Shown: positions 1-11,990 of the stretch, piece after piece | How positions within the stretch are numbered: position 1 is the stretch's first letter | How the letters are laid out: each line of letters begins with the position of its first letter | DNA from: Octopus bimaculoides | Lineage: Eukaryota | Length of the DNA: 64,000 bases | Assembly: GCF_001194135.2 (NCBI RefSeq) | Contig: NC_069000.1 | Coordinates: 2,726,009-2,790,008, forward strand | Reading direction: 5' to 3' | Notes under the pieces: model-generated | Seen by the model: the letters and a program-made list of their open reading frames with translations, nothing else | Databases searched by the model: none | What the model was told of the DNA's origin: nothing | Position numbers and translations under genes: made by a program

Positions 1-2402
1 GACATTTGCACTCTGTTACGTACTTCAGAGGAAGAATTTTGTGGGAATGATTCCAGCGATATAACTTACGTGTGTGGTGTGTATGTACATATATCTATCG
101 TTACAGACAAATATCTTCCGTGCGAATTTATAGGACACAAGATATGAATTCAATTTCATCAGGATGACTATAAGACTAGCGAAGGAAATAATAGTGCTGT
201 GGGTTAGATTCAATACAATAAATATATATGTGAATGCGCTGTGTGCATACGTATACTGAGAAGCTAATAACACCCGATATACTAGCTATAGAACCCTGCT
301 TCTGCCTTAAACGATAATCTTACATTTGTTGGTGTATCATCTCAAAAAATTCAAGAGAACTGTTAATAATTGGAAATATTTACTACAAATGACTGATATT
401 CTGAGCTGCCTTGGAGTTATACAATAATGGCAACAAAAAGAACAGCAACAGTAGCACGAGTGTAGATTGCTGTTTTGCTTACGACTATCATTATTAAGGT
501 ATAATATGATACAGAATAAATCTATTGTTTGTTGTCTTATCTAAGCCCACGCTGGGCTCAACTGAAGTTGGATGAAACATTTTCTAGCCTTCACCGTGTT
601 ATCGTTACATATGTTCTGGAAGTACATTATATAATTTTTTTCAGATGTAGTACTTGAGAGAATTTGCTCTTTGAAAGAATGCTTTTGTGTCCAAACAGAA
701 ATATGTTGTTTGGGAAAAATAAACGTTTTATTTTTTTTTTTAATACTCTTTTAGATGCATTTATATGTTGTTTCCAACAACGTAGAGATTTTTGTTTTTA
801 ACTGTCACGGGAAACCATAAAAGAGTATAATGAAACGAACTGAGTAACCCAAAGAGAGTTCACGGCAACAATATAAATACAAATACCATTCTTAAGCAAA
901 CCATCCAGTGCCTACCATACCCTCTGAATTTGCTAGATATGACTGACAAAACAGCCTTAAAACTCCCTTAGAAACCGAATGATGATAGGATAAAGCAGCT
1001 TTAGAGTTATGTCTGGCGAAAACCAGCATGATCGTTGTTGGACACGTTAGTTTATGACAAGCAATCTAGGTTAACATAGGGCTCAGCAACACTACCTTAT
1101 TCTTAAAATATTCATTGGCAAATTCGAATTTTAAGGAAAAACCAATGTACTTATTGAATTGTTGTGTACAGAGACCAGATCGAGCAGATCCATTGTCAAA
1201 ACAGACTTAGTCATATATAAATTTATATTTAGGAGGCATAGACTACGTAGAACTAAATTATCCAAATGATTCTTCACATTTTAAAGCTGAGCGAAATTAC
1301 TATCATTTGTAACAGATTGCAGAAATATTTAGCAGTTTACCTTATGGTCGTGAACAAAATATCGCTAAACGCACACAGTTGATCTGATCATGCTAGAGAA
1401 GTGAGATATAAAATACAATCTATACAACTGGCAAAAATATTGTAATATCTGTGTGACGATGATATCTATGTCAAGCATAATTTCATTCAAACCAAAAAAC
1501 CATTTTCCTTCTTATTCTTTTTTCCTGGAAATACCATTAAAGTGGCAAAACTTGAAATGAAAATATTTCGTGTCTCGGTGTCTTAAACGAAGGGAAAATT
1601 AATTTTTTTAAGAATTACATTTTAGACTGACTAATGAGAAAATTAAGTTAAAATGCATCAGGCCTAGAGAGTCGTGAATGTAAAATATAACTTATTACTA
1701 TATAAAATTAGTATTATTAACATAAATGGACAATTACTATGATAAACAGAGTAAAAAAAAGCTAATCATATTACTGTGCAGGGATGTGTTGGTTGATGGA
1801 AAAATCAATAGTTAGAGAGAAAGATATATAATGCCATCTGGTGGAGGAAACAACTAAAGTAATATCGGCTTCAGGAGAAATGTTATTGTTGTAAGAGTAG
1901 ACTATGGTAAATGGTTAGTATATATTAGCTACGTTTCTCATAGCCATGAATATAAACATTGCAGCTGCTACATAGATACAGCTTCTATAACATAGCTAAT
2001 GGCTAACTTCATTATATAATTCCTTACTAGTCCATAAACAAATGATGGAGGTGCGCACAGTATTACGAACATACAAGTAGACTTAAAGCGGCACAAGCCT
2101 ACTTAAACATACCTGATTCTATCTATCTGTCTATCTATCTATCTCCGAATATAAGTCTGAGTGTGTGCAAGAATACATATATACATGTGCACATGTGTGG
2201 GTGCTTACATGTGTTCATGTATGTACAGTTTGTAAAATATCTACCCCTTAAAGTATAACATAAGCATGCGAATATAGAGGAGTGATTGCATAAGCTTGTA
2301 TATGAATATATACAGAAAGTGAACAGATTCAGAACAATGTACAGGTTACTTGCAACTTAGACAACTGAAATGTTTTATTGTAACTAGCTAATGCTACAAC
2401 TT

Positions 2403-2443
<41 letters not shown>

Positions 2444-3903
2444 ACACATAGAGGCAAACAAATAAAATTGGATCATGCGCCAACCCCATGTCATTTCCGA
2501 AAGCATTGTTGTTGTTGCTTTTTCTAGCGAGACGAACGCATAGCTAGAGACATGAATAATTACATAGCGCACAGATGACCTTCATGAACAGATACCCATT
2601 CTTCCTAAAATAACAGCATGCCGTCTTCAAGAACGAGTGCTATAGAACATAACGGGACGGATTGTCGAATGAGTGACCGACACACGGTAAAATATATCAA
2701 ATGTGCTATCGCCTTCACAGAATGACACAGGCTAAAAATACTATACAGTGTAAAAGGTCATTGCTGTTATAGACAATGCGTTCTATTTACAATACAAAAA
2801 AACATTCTTGATGAACAATAATTAGAGATGGTTTAGCAATTGCCATGATTTTTATTCAAAAGCCAAACAACTGATTCGTTTTCGACCACAAAATCACTGC
2901 CAATGAATTTTAATTCTTGAAAGTTTTCCGTTTTAGTTTTATCAATGAATGTAATTCTCTCTTTGAACCCACAGCAGACAACCATAAAATTACTGTAGTC
3001 TTCAACCTTCTACAGACTGGATAAATACATTTATTTTCAGTGACGTTTCCTCGATTTAATTTTTGTTCCTTGCAGTGTTTCTTGATATTAAAAAAAACGA
3101 TATGTTCCCGACAATGAGCCTCAAACAAGAGTGTGTAGATCAAAGTTCAAATAAACTGAAGTTACTTTAATATCTAAAAATATCTACGGCTGGCATATAT
3201 TTTTTATTTCATTAACATTTTCTTTTAGGAATTTTCAGAAAATCCTTTTTTTGTTTTAGTATTTTGACTATTTGACTGGAATTTTAAAAGTCAAACGAAA
3301 TTCTAAATTTTTAATGTTGGGCAGATATTCAATTCAATCGATATAAGCTATACATAATGACCAAAACTGGAAGACAACTTGGAAAATTGCGCGGCATAAT
3401 TTGATCTCTTAACAAACTTTAGGATCCGTACAGATCTGCTCGCTCTATCAAGAATCAGCTCGAAAAAATTCTGACTAATATAGAAACCATTTCCAACTAA
3501 ACTCATTCCATCATAAAATGAAACATATGGAAAGAATTTACAGCAAAATCCACCGACAGAATGGCACCAAACAATATCATACAACCACTGAGTCCGTCTT
3601 TCCAACTGCCATTGAAGCAACTATTGGAAACTATAGTACACAATAATACCCCTACCTAGCGAAAACAGTGAAATTTACATAGCCACACACCACCTTACAC
3701 TACTGGAACGGTACTGATGAATGGTTCTCACGTTGGCATTTTTGGCATTTGACAGCTTCGTCAGAACTGTTCTGAGACGACACAGCAACAGCAACAGGTT
3801 ATTTCAAAACAACGTAGAAGCATTTTAGGAACACATGCTTGTGTTTCAGTCATTTAGGATAGAGATTAAACAATACAGAATATCATTGGAATTTAATACT
3901 TAC

Positions 3904-4025
3904 GTTCTTAGTCCAAGTAATTTGGGGATCTGGTTTCCCAGTGCCTACACAGTCAATAGACAGGGTGTTAGACAGCATGACAATACGCTCACCAGTGTTT
4001 CGAAGAATCTCAACGCTCGGTGGAA
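3904..4025 (-). CDS. Ig-superfamily protein, coding exon C (first half of Ig domain 2)
   Basis: Minus strand reads atttgttgcag|TTCCACCG...AAGAAC|gtaagt; 122 nt, phase 1/0. It encodes (I)PPSVEILRNTGERIVMLSNTLSIDCVGTGKPDPQITWTKN, showing the typical C-x-x-x-G-x-P-x-P-x-I-x-W motif. Confidence 0.92.
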
Positions 4026-4125
4026 CTGCAACAAATAAATGAGACATCTGTTGTAGTTTGAAAAGTATATTTATACATAAGGATGAAAAAAAAATGCTCG
4101 ACACAATATACAGAAACACACGTGT

Positions 4126-4126
4126 G

Positions 4127-4197
<71 letters not shown>

Positions 4198-4311
4198 GTG
4201 TGTGTGTGTACATAGCCAAAGTGATGAAGCGAGAGAGTGAGAGAGAGTGCGATGTATATGCATATGTAGGATTATATTGATATATATAATATACACGTAT
4301 ATGTGAATGTT

Positions 4312-4378
<67 letters not shown>

Positions 4379-4380
4379 GC
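4126..4380. repeat. (TA)n/(TG)n/(CA)n microsatellite cluster just upstream of exon C
   Basis: Direct inspection. Representative of dozens of such tracts, e.g. 11899-12038, 23150-23400, 52445-52670 and 60750-60960. Confidence 0.95.
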
Positions 4381-4594
4381 ACACGCATACGTATGTAATA
4401 ACATGCATACAGTGAAATTTATTCCATTACCTTTGATAATGAACAGATGTTCACTGATAATATAAATACTACTCAAATGTAATTTAATCATTCTGCGGGA
4501 TTATATAGGTTTTTTTTCGAACGAAAGCCTCTAAAACATTCTCATTTTCGTAGCAATCTTTAATAAGGTGTATTGAACATGATATGCATGAATT

Positions 4595-4662
<68 letters not shown>

Positions 4663-5114
4663 CACACCATTTGAATGTTTTGCCATTATAGTGGACATCT
4701 GCTTATTTTCACAGGTAAAGAAAACATTTTTAAAATGTTACGCTACATATTTGTATTCGTAATAATATTTACATACAACGTTTCTTTTTATGCGGATATA
4801 TAATATTAAATAACATAAAACTTCTAATAAGATTGCCACTTCATTCCAATTTTGCCAATTGTAATCAGGTGTTCACTGCATATTTAGCAACTCCCAATCT
4901 ATACCTACTGACGGTTATTTATCGAAGTGTTTTTATCAAAGCTGAAGATAGTCATTATTATTTACCTGAAGAATAATCCGAATTACAGAAGTAATTGAAA
5001 GATTCTAAAACTGATAACACAATAAACAAATCCGAAACAACACAGATTTAGAAATGATAACTGATATTCAATAACATTAAAGTAATTTCACGTTTAAAAT
5101 TATGGAAATGGGGA

Positions 5115-5327
5115 CAGGCGCCGAGGAGGCAGAATCGTTAGCATGCCGAGAAAAATGATAAACGGCATTTTGTTACGTTCTGAGTTCAAATTCAGCTAAG
5201 TTTCTCATTAATTTTCATCCTTTCGTCGTCAATAAAATAAATGCCAGTTGAGCACAGAGGTCGGTGAAATCGACTTAAGTCCTCGCTCGAATTTGCTGAC
5301 CTTGTGCGAAATTTGAAGCCGATATTA
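5115..5327 (+). mobile_element. tRNA-derived SINE, family 1 (near full length)
   Basis: A-box-like GGCAGAATCGTTAGC and B-box-like GTTCTGAGTTCAAATT, body TTTCATCCTTTCG..TAAAATAA..CCAGTTGAGCAC, tail AATTTGCTGACCTTGTGC..ATTTGAA. Several similar copies occur in this window. Confidence 0.8.
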
Positions 5328-6122
5328 AGGAGATATGGTCGCTCTTTATTGTTAAGGAAGGGGTTGCACGGCAATTTACTCTTTGGTATTAATTTACAGC
5401 TGTCCAGTTGCGATGTACTCTTCGATCGAACAATAATGTGACCTGAATATATTACATATATTAACACCCAAACCAAACCTATTCAAACATATTGTATCGA
5501 GGAACATTTTACAGAGGTATCCATTCTTATTTTAAATTAGTTAGCTGTAAATTTTCCCTCGAATTTCTCTATTTCTAGGGGTTCATGCATCAACATGTAA
5601 TTTTCTACATTGATAATTACTCGCCAAACATTTCATCTATTTATAACGACCAGCATTGCTAAAAAAATTTTTCTCCAATTTTTTTAGTTCCAATAATATT
5701 TCGAACAACAAGGTATTAAAGGAATTCTTCATGAAAAACGACTATCAGGCATATAGTTATTTTTATTCAAATGATTTTGTAACTTCAAGTTATTTCAGCT
5801 CTAAAAGATATATATTAAACAAATACTCAGTAGTCATTCAAAACGTTACACTAATCACAAACCTGATTTGGGATCAGTTTCGATTATGTATGACAATAAT
5901 ATATGCATTTCATATTTGTAAATATATTTACTTTTTTTAAACAACTATATGTCTTTGTGTATGTATATATATGAACATATGCATAAATTTATATGCAAAT
6001 TTTCGTGCATATTTGTTCGTATATTTAGCTATGAGAGCCTTTGTCTCAGTAAAGCAAAATTTAGAAAAGCTATCCATAGTTAAATATATGAAAAAAAAAA
6101 AAAAAAGATCCGGTTCACTTAC

Positions 6123-6320
6123 TTGTGACAATTACGTTAATAAAGTATTGCTTCTTCTGTTTAGGCAATTGACATTCGTAGGTGGCTTCATCCTCCAATG
6201 TGACATTTTCAATTTGAATAGACAAATCTTCCAATATTGAAATGCGATCGGAACCTTGGAAAACTTTTTTGTCAAACGACAGTATAAGACTGCCTTTCTT
6301 CCAAAAGATATTTGCGCCAC
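6123..6320 (-). CDS. Ig-superfamily protein, coding exon B (rest of V-type Ig domain 1)
   Basis: Minus strand reads tttttttcag|GTGGCGCA...GTCACAA|gtaagt; 198 nt, phase 1/1. It encodes GANIFWKKGSLILSFDKKVFQGSDRISILEDLSIQIENVTLEDEATYECQLPKQKKQYFINVIVT, with the C-strand Trp and the D-x-A-x-Y-x-C motif. Confidence 0.93.
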
Positions 6321-6644
6321 CTGAAAAAAACAAAAGAAAAAGTAGCACGTTGTTATATAATAATTATAGATGACTTGAGATGATTTTAAAGAGATCAAAT
6401 TGTAAGTGGTTTCAACAAGAGCAAAAAAGCAATGTGATATTATTTCAAATACGAGGAAAAAAGGCTGTGCTTTGCATTAGGGAAAAAGCCAGCAAGTTTC
6501 CGAATGGGGGCAGAATACAGAAAATAGAAATCTTCGATGTTGCACACATAGGATGTACTTTTAATATAATAAAAAAAAAATGAAATAGAGGACGAAAACG
6601 AACACGTAATCAAAGATTGCAGGGAAGGGGTAGCGCGCAATATC

Positions 6645-6676
<32 letters not shown>

Positions 6677-6678
<2 letters not shown>

Positions 6679-6803
6679 CGACAAATGTAGAATGTGTGGT
6701 GAGAGGAGCAAATCCGTATGGCACATCGTTAGCGAATGTCCGAAATTGGCACAATGCGAATACAAAAGACGCCATGAGAATGTGGCGAGAATGATCCATT
6801 GGT
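6677..6803 (+). mobile_element. R4/Dong-clade non-LTR retrotransposon fragment (CCHC zinc knuckle)
   Basis: Translates as CDKCRMCGERSKSVWHIVSECPKLAQCEYKRRHENVARMIHW, the C-x2-C...H...C knuckle plus the RHxxV motif of RLE-type LINEs. It starts directly after an (AAT)n tract. Confidence 0.85.
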
Positions 6804-6805
6804 TA

Positions 6806-6985
6806 GTTCTCGTGTGATCTCTTCTACCTCCACTTATATCTTCCACTTTCTTCTCCTAAGAGCATTAGCTTGATCGACTTTTCTATGCTCAGTCACTTTA
6901 AACATACTAACTCTCTACCCAAATTGTCAACATTCGTTTTCTATAGCCTCTTCTTTTAGGTTCATTGTTATTTCTAGTATGGTCC
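6806..6985 (-). mobile_element. R4/Dong-clade N-terminal ORF fragment, decayed
   Basis: Minus strand gives NNEPKRRGYRKRMLTIW, a frameshift, then MFKVTEHRKVDQANALRRRKW..VEVEEITRE. This matches the recalled GYRKRM..W..MF.VTEQRL.DQ..I N-terminus of R4/Dong elements. Confidence 0.65.
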
Positions 6986-7813
6986 ACTTTATTATTATTA
7001 TTGAGTGAGAGAGCAATGCGTGCACTCAAATTGACACTAGGGTACAAATATACGAAACCCAATAAACCCATCATGAATAGAGACCATCATCGGGTCTCAT
7101 TTTATTATTCTTTCTATTGATTTCTACAGTAATGTTGCTATTACTCATATTGTTTTTATTTTCTTGGCTCCAGATCAGAAATGATACAATAGAACTGACT
7201 AAAGAGTTTACTGCTTTACCAAAACCATCTTTAAAATATGTAACATTTTAAAGAGAGTATGGAAGGCATTGGGAAGAGTCTCTCTGGTATTTTTAGCAAG
7301 TTGACCGAATATACAGAAGCACTGATTGCCAATCCTATTGAATAATGTTTTTCCATTCGTGCCCATCATTTCTTGTTTTTAAGAAAGGATAATGTATCTT
7401 CAAAACTACACATCCAAATGTATCTATTTAAAATCAGATTTGAGAAAGATTTGACTACTAGTTCTAACAAGACAACTTCCGCAGTATGTCGCTCTGAGAC
7501 ATGTTCTTGAGTATACATATTTTCGGAACACGATTTTAAAATAATTACTTCAAACTAATTTTAAAATAATTGGTTTAACTAAAGAAATTAACATATAATA
7601 CATCGTGATTAATTAACTGAATTAATACAACACTGTACATATTGACGAATCGCAGCACTAGATTAAAATAATTGCATTTGCTTGCATGTGTATGTTTTTG
7701 GGAATATGCTAAACTGTGTGTGCTTTAATTGCGTTTCATCTATTAATATCATCTATTCACAGAGTGATCAATTGATTCATATGCACATAAACATAAATTC
7801 ATACACTCATATC

Positions 7814-7985
7814 TACTAATCTATCTATCTATCGATTCATCTATCTATCTACCTACCTATGTATCTATCTATTTATCTATCTACCTACCTATATATCTAT
7901 CTATTTATCTATCTACCTACGTATGTATGTATGTATGTATGCATGTATCTATCTAACCATCTATATATCTATCTATCTACCTATG

Positions 7986-8027
<42 letters not shown>

Positions 8028-8122
8028 CCGACCTATGTATCTATCTATTTATCTATCTACCTATGTATGCATGTTTGTATGTATGTATGTATGTATCAAT
8101 CTATCTATCTATCCATCTATCT
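7814..8122. repeat. Compound (TCTA)n/(TGTA)n/(CCTA)n microsatellite with a higher-order repeat
   Basis: Tetranucleotide arrays in which a TCTA/CCTA/TGTA block recurs about three times. Confidence 0.9.
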
Positions 8123-9069
8123 CGGTATGTGTGAGTTTTTTATTACTATTTATTGGTTCATTTTGTGAATATTTTAAACATGGCCTTGAAAGAGAAAACT
8201 ATGTATTTTGCCGCTGGCCAGTTTATTTCATAGTAAAAATTAAAAAAATATATATTTCATTCCTATTTTAAAACGATTTGGTTTTATTTCTTTACATATT
8301 TCTTTTAATTCTTTGCGCAGTAGTTGGCTTCTATCCAAGATTTAATTTTCTTTCACGTATTGGTGCTTCTTATACACCCATGTTCCTACGTTCCTTTTGT
8401 TATTTTCCAGACATTTAATTTGCATCGGTTAATAATAATCTTGCAGACACTCACACCTAATACAGACATTCTTAGCGCAACAATACTACATACGAGGCTT
8501 CTACGAACATTTTGTAATTATATTCCGTCTTACTTCTGTAGGCAGGAGGCAGAGATGAAGTAAACAATATGTAAAAGCTAGCTGCTATGTAATTATCCTA
8601 ACATTTATTGAACATTTTAGTTAGCTTAAAGTTCGATTTGCAAGTTTTCTTCTTTTCAGATACTTTATGAGTTTTCCATCTTATCTGGGTTTCTAAACCA
8701 CAATCAATGTTCAGTGCTCGGTTGATAATTTCTCTTATGTTAATTCCTAACTATAAAAGTAATCAGAACAGTTGAGCCGGATTTCAATACAGAATATTCA
8801 CTTCAGATATCTATAATTGTTAGACGACTAATCTACAATTCATTGCTGAAATTATCAATATCTCCATTTTCACAGTTGTATATATTATGGAAGCATTATG
8901 CGGTTCATAAGTTTTCTTTGCAATAATATGATTCTCGTGTTCGATCCCATTTCACGCCACCACGAGCAAACATACTGTAATTTTAAAACCACACCTGAAC
9001 AAATTTAAAGTTAGTGCATTACGCAATGAAGAAAATATATAGATTCATGCATGACGCACCTTATAACGA

Positions 9070-9430
9070 TAGAGAAGGAAAAGTGTACCAAGGGGACATA
9101 TTTGTGGTGCAATCTCAGCAACGCTTCGCGCCTCAGGACCAGTTACTGCAACAGCCTGGGTTTCGGGGGCCTACAGCTTTTTTAATATTCTCCCAAAGAG
9201 ACTGCGGAAACTGCACAAAGTAGATGTAGGCATTTTAAAATCAAAGCTGGACCACTACCTGTCGAGAGTTCCAGATGAACCTACCTCACGGCCAGAGGTG
9301 CTCATGAGGGTAGTTACATCAAACTCCATTCTTCACCAAGTGCCACACGTTGGAGGAGGTTCTCAATAATAACAGTGTAGCAAAACGGCGGTGCATCAAC
9401 ATGGCCGCAGCTCTGAGATGAAACTACAGA
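9070..9430 (+). mobile_element. CR1/L2-group LINE 3' end
   Basis: 9129-9369 encodes RLRTSYCNSLGFGGLQLFNILPKRLRKLHKVDVGILKSKLDHYLSRVPDEPTSRPEVLMRVVTSNSILHQV (FN.LP..R, K.KLD.YL..VPDEP, SNS motifs). It is followed by the tail GGCGGTGC..CATGGCCGCAGC..GAAAC. Confidence 0.8.
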
Positions 9431-9459
9431 CTATATATATATATATATATATGCGACAA

Positions 9460-9610
9460 GAATCCACACAGTTTCCGTCTCGGAAATTCACGCAAAAGAC
9501 ATTGGTTGACCAGATGCAATAGCAGATGGTACATGCGGAGGGTGCCTCTGAGAGGCGTGGAACCCAAAATAACATGCCTGCAAAGCAAGCCTTTTTACTT
9601 AGAAGCAATG
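9460..9610 (-). mobile_element. SINE family 2, 5' half, decayed
   Basis: CAGTTTCCGTCT..AAATTCAC.CAA..ATTGGTTGACC..GAACCC..GCAAAGCAAGC is the reverse complement of the family 2 head. Confidence 0.6.
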
Positions 9611-11468
9611 AATGTTAATTAGAAATTCTGTCTACTGCTGTTTCAGAGAATGATCTCTCCAACTGATAGATTACCCATTCGTCCTTTGTTACAGACTCTT
9701 GTTGGTCAGTAACTGCGTGTTGAATTGTATACGAATATGTTTATACAAATGTTTATGACTTCTCCCTTCATATGGCGTGTGCCAGAGCTGCGATAGTTCG
9801 ATATTGATAAATATGTACCTTGCGGAAAGAGACACATATATCGATATGCATAAGGAAAATCCTTTGACGCCTTTGTCACAGTTGTGACTGTAGTCCAATA
9901 TTTGAAACTATTGAAAGAAAGGGAGATAAAACAGGTAAGTTTCTGACACTTTGTCCTTTAATTGTGGAAAAAGAACATCCAGTATTACACTTGGTCATGA
10001 CTTCTTCCAGGCTGTTGTTAGATAAAGAATATAATTTATCTTCAGATCAAACAACACGCAAGAATGCATGCTGAAATGATATCTCCATTAAAGTTATACT
10101 CAGCTTAGGTATTTGTGCAAAATACGGTAACGGTTTATATCTACGACCAAAGAACATAACGGGAAATGCACACTACGGAAAGCTTCGATGCACTTTCTGT
10201 CCTCCAGCTTTCACTTATAAAACAACAGTCAAGCGGAAGCAGTGATGAAGGAAATCCATGGCCCAAGGTGCCTTGCAGCCGTGAAGCGAGCTTCCGAAGC
10301 ACGAAAACAATCTGCACTCTCTCCACTGTGGAGAATCAACAGACATTATTTTTTCTAAGAGTAAACATGAATATCAAATTAAAGAAAATTTGATTACATA
10401 AACTAATTAAAAAAAAAAGAGAAATCTTTATTTTTCAATTAGTTTCCTTTTGTTATTTATGTGCAACAATAAGAGAATAATATTATCAGTTTTCTGAATT
10501 TTATATTCGCTCAAGACAGATTTAAAATAAAACATTGACAGTAAATCTATCGAAATATATAACTTAAGATTTAGAAAATTTCATATATAAAATATTTTTT
10601 TAATAATTGATAAATCTAGCGAAATAAAAACGAAAATTAATTCTTCCGAGACTATTAATGAAATGTAATGCCTCTGTATCAATTTATGATAGATGTCTGA
10701 ATGTTAGTAAATGTCAAGATGCAAGTCTTCATAAAAGTAATCGCTATGACATATTACCAACCTTCAAAAATAACGCGAAACAACAGTTATGACTTCAGCC
10801 AACATGATGGTATCTTTGTGGTCGTTCTTCCTGCTAGAAATAGCATCTAAATCTATCTCTAATTAAGCGTGGCTGTATTTAATATGAAATATTCAAAAAT
10901 ATGATTTTAGATACATTATATATAGTGAAAGGTTAATCACGTGTAGATGCCTTGCATCAATGCTCTGTGGAATGAATGTCAAGAAATAGTTTTACACACA
11001 ATCGCTGTTGTGTGTATCCGTCAACATATCGCTCTGTGCCTAAATCTATGTCTGCTAGCATTTCAAGAAATGGCTGTATCCTACGGGCCGACAAATTTTT
11101 CAATTATGTGGCCATGCGGGTAGTTGTTTCTGTCAAGTAGTAATAAAGAAAACTCATATACACTCACGCTTTGAATTCTATTTCTCTGTTTGTACCCATC
11201 GATTTCTGTCTCTCTCTCTATCTATCTTTCGAGAGAACGCGAAATTATTATTATTCTTGATCATTGGCTCTCGAAGAACATAAATCGATAAAAAATATAT
11301 AACATGAAAATATTGTGTGCAAAAATTTTTGTCCATCGCAGACGTTTATCAACCCAATATTTATATCCTCTAATTTATTTTACATTTATGCGTTATGATA
11401 ACTACTGCTCCACAAGGCATATATGTAAGTGTATACAGTTATAAACAAAAGCCTGTATGTGTACTTAC

Positions 11469-11540
11469 GGGGGTTTTCGTTTCCGCATGTCAATTTTAGG
11501 GTGTCTTCCTTCTGTACAGTTACCTTTACTTCATCTTCAG
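11469..11540 (-). CDS. Ig-superfamily cell-surface protein, coding exon A (start of Ig domain 1)
   Basis: Minus strand reads tttttttcgctacag|CTGAAGAT...AAACCCCC|gtaagt. The exon is 72 nt, phase 1 at both ends, and encodes xEDEVKVTVQKEDTLKLTCGNENP, including the B-strand Cys. It joins in frame to the 6320 exon (C+GT=Arg). It is absent from the ORF track. Confidence 0.85.
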
Positions 11541-11912
11541 CTGTAGCGAAAAAAAAATGAAAAATTAGTTCTAATGAATAATATTATAATATACATAAAA
11601 TATATATGTGAGTGTGCGCGCGCGTGTGTTCGAGAGTCTCTCTACTAATGGAGTTCACATGACCATATGTATTTCGAAGGTCGCAGCCAGTTTCTCAAAC
11701 ATAATTAGATACAAAAGCCCCCAATCGTTAATTTCACTTCTGTCAACTTTTCCTTGAAGAAGCTATCTATCCGAAACGTTGAGTTGTCCACATTTTAAGG
11801 CATTGTATTTCTAGTCTTTCCAGAGATGTTTCTGAACATTACAAATCTTGCCGTTTTGTTGCACCATACCAGTCTCTTTGATCTCTGCTTTAACCTCTCT
11901 CTCTCTCTCTCT

Positions 11913-11990
<78 letters not shown>

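Noticed and set aside
2520-2720. Minus-strand VLEDGMLL..HEGHLCA, a possible continuation of Ig domain 2
   Set aside because: It contains an in-frame stop and has no suitable phase-0 acceptor. The next exon probably lies left of the window.
3714-3760. CTGATGA core matches here, at about 156-162 (minus) and at about 37862-37868 (minus)
   Set aside because: There is no downstream stem II-GAAA-stem III arrangement.
3883-4491. 202-aa minus-strand ORF
   Set aside because: Only 3904-4025 is a real exon; the rest is intronic (TA)n/(TG)n read-through.
5115-5200. tRNA-like A/B boxes here and in the other SINE heads
   Set aside because: These are SINE heads; no cloverleaf or acceptor stem is present, so no tRNA gene is called.
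10166-10393. GC-richer segment with EGNPWPKV (Ig-like) in one frame and EAVMKEIHG (integrase-like) in another
   Set aside because: Neither motif extends, and it is on the wrong strand for the Ig gene.
11750-11790. TTGAAGA..CGAAACGTT hammerhead-like string
   Set aside because: There is no credible stem II or stem I, and the core is mutated.
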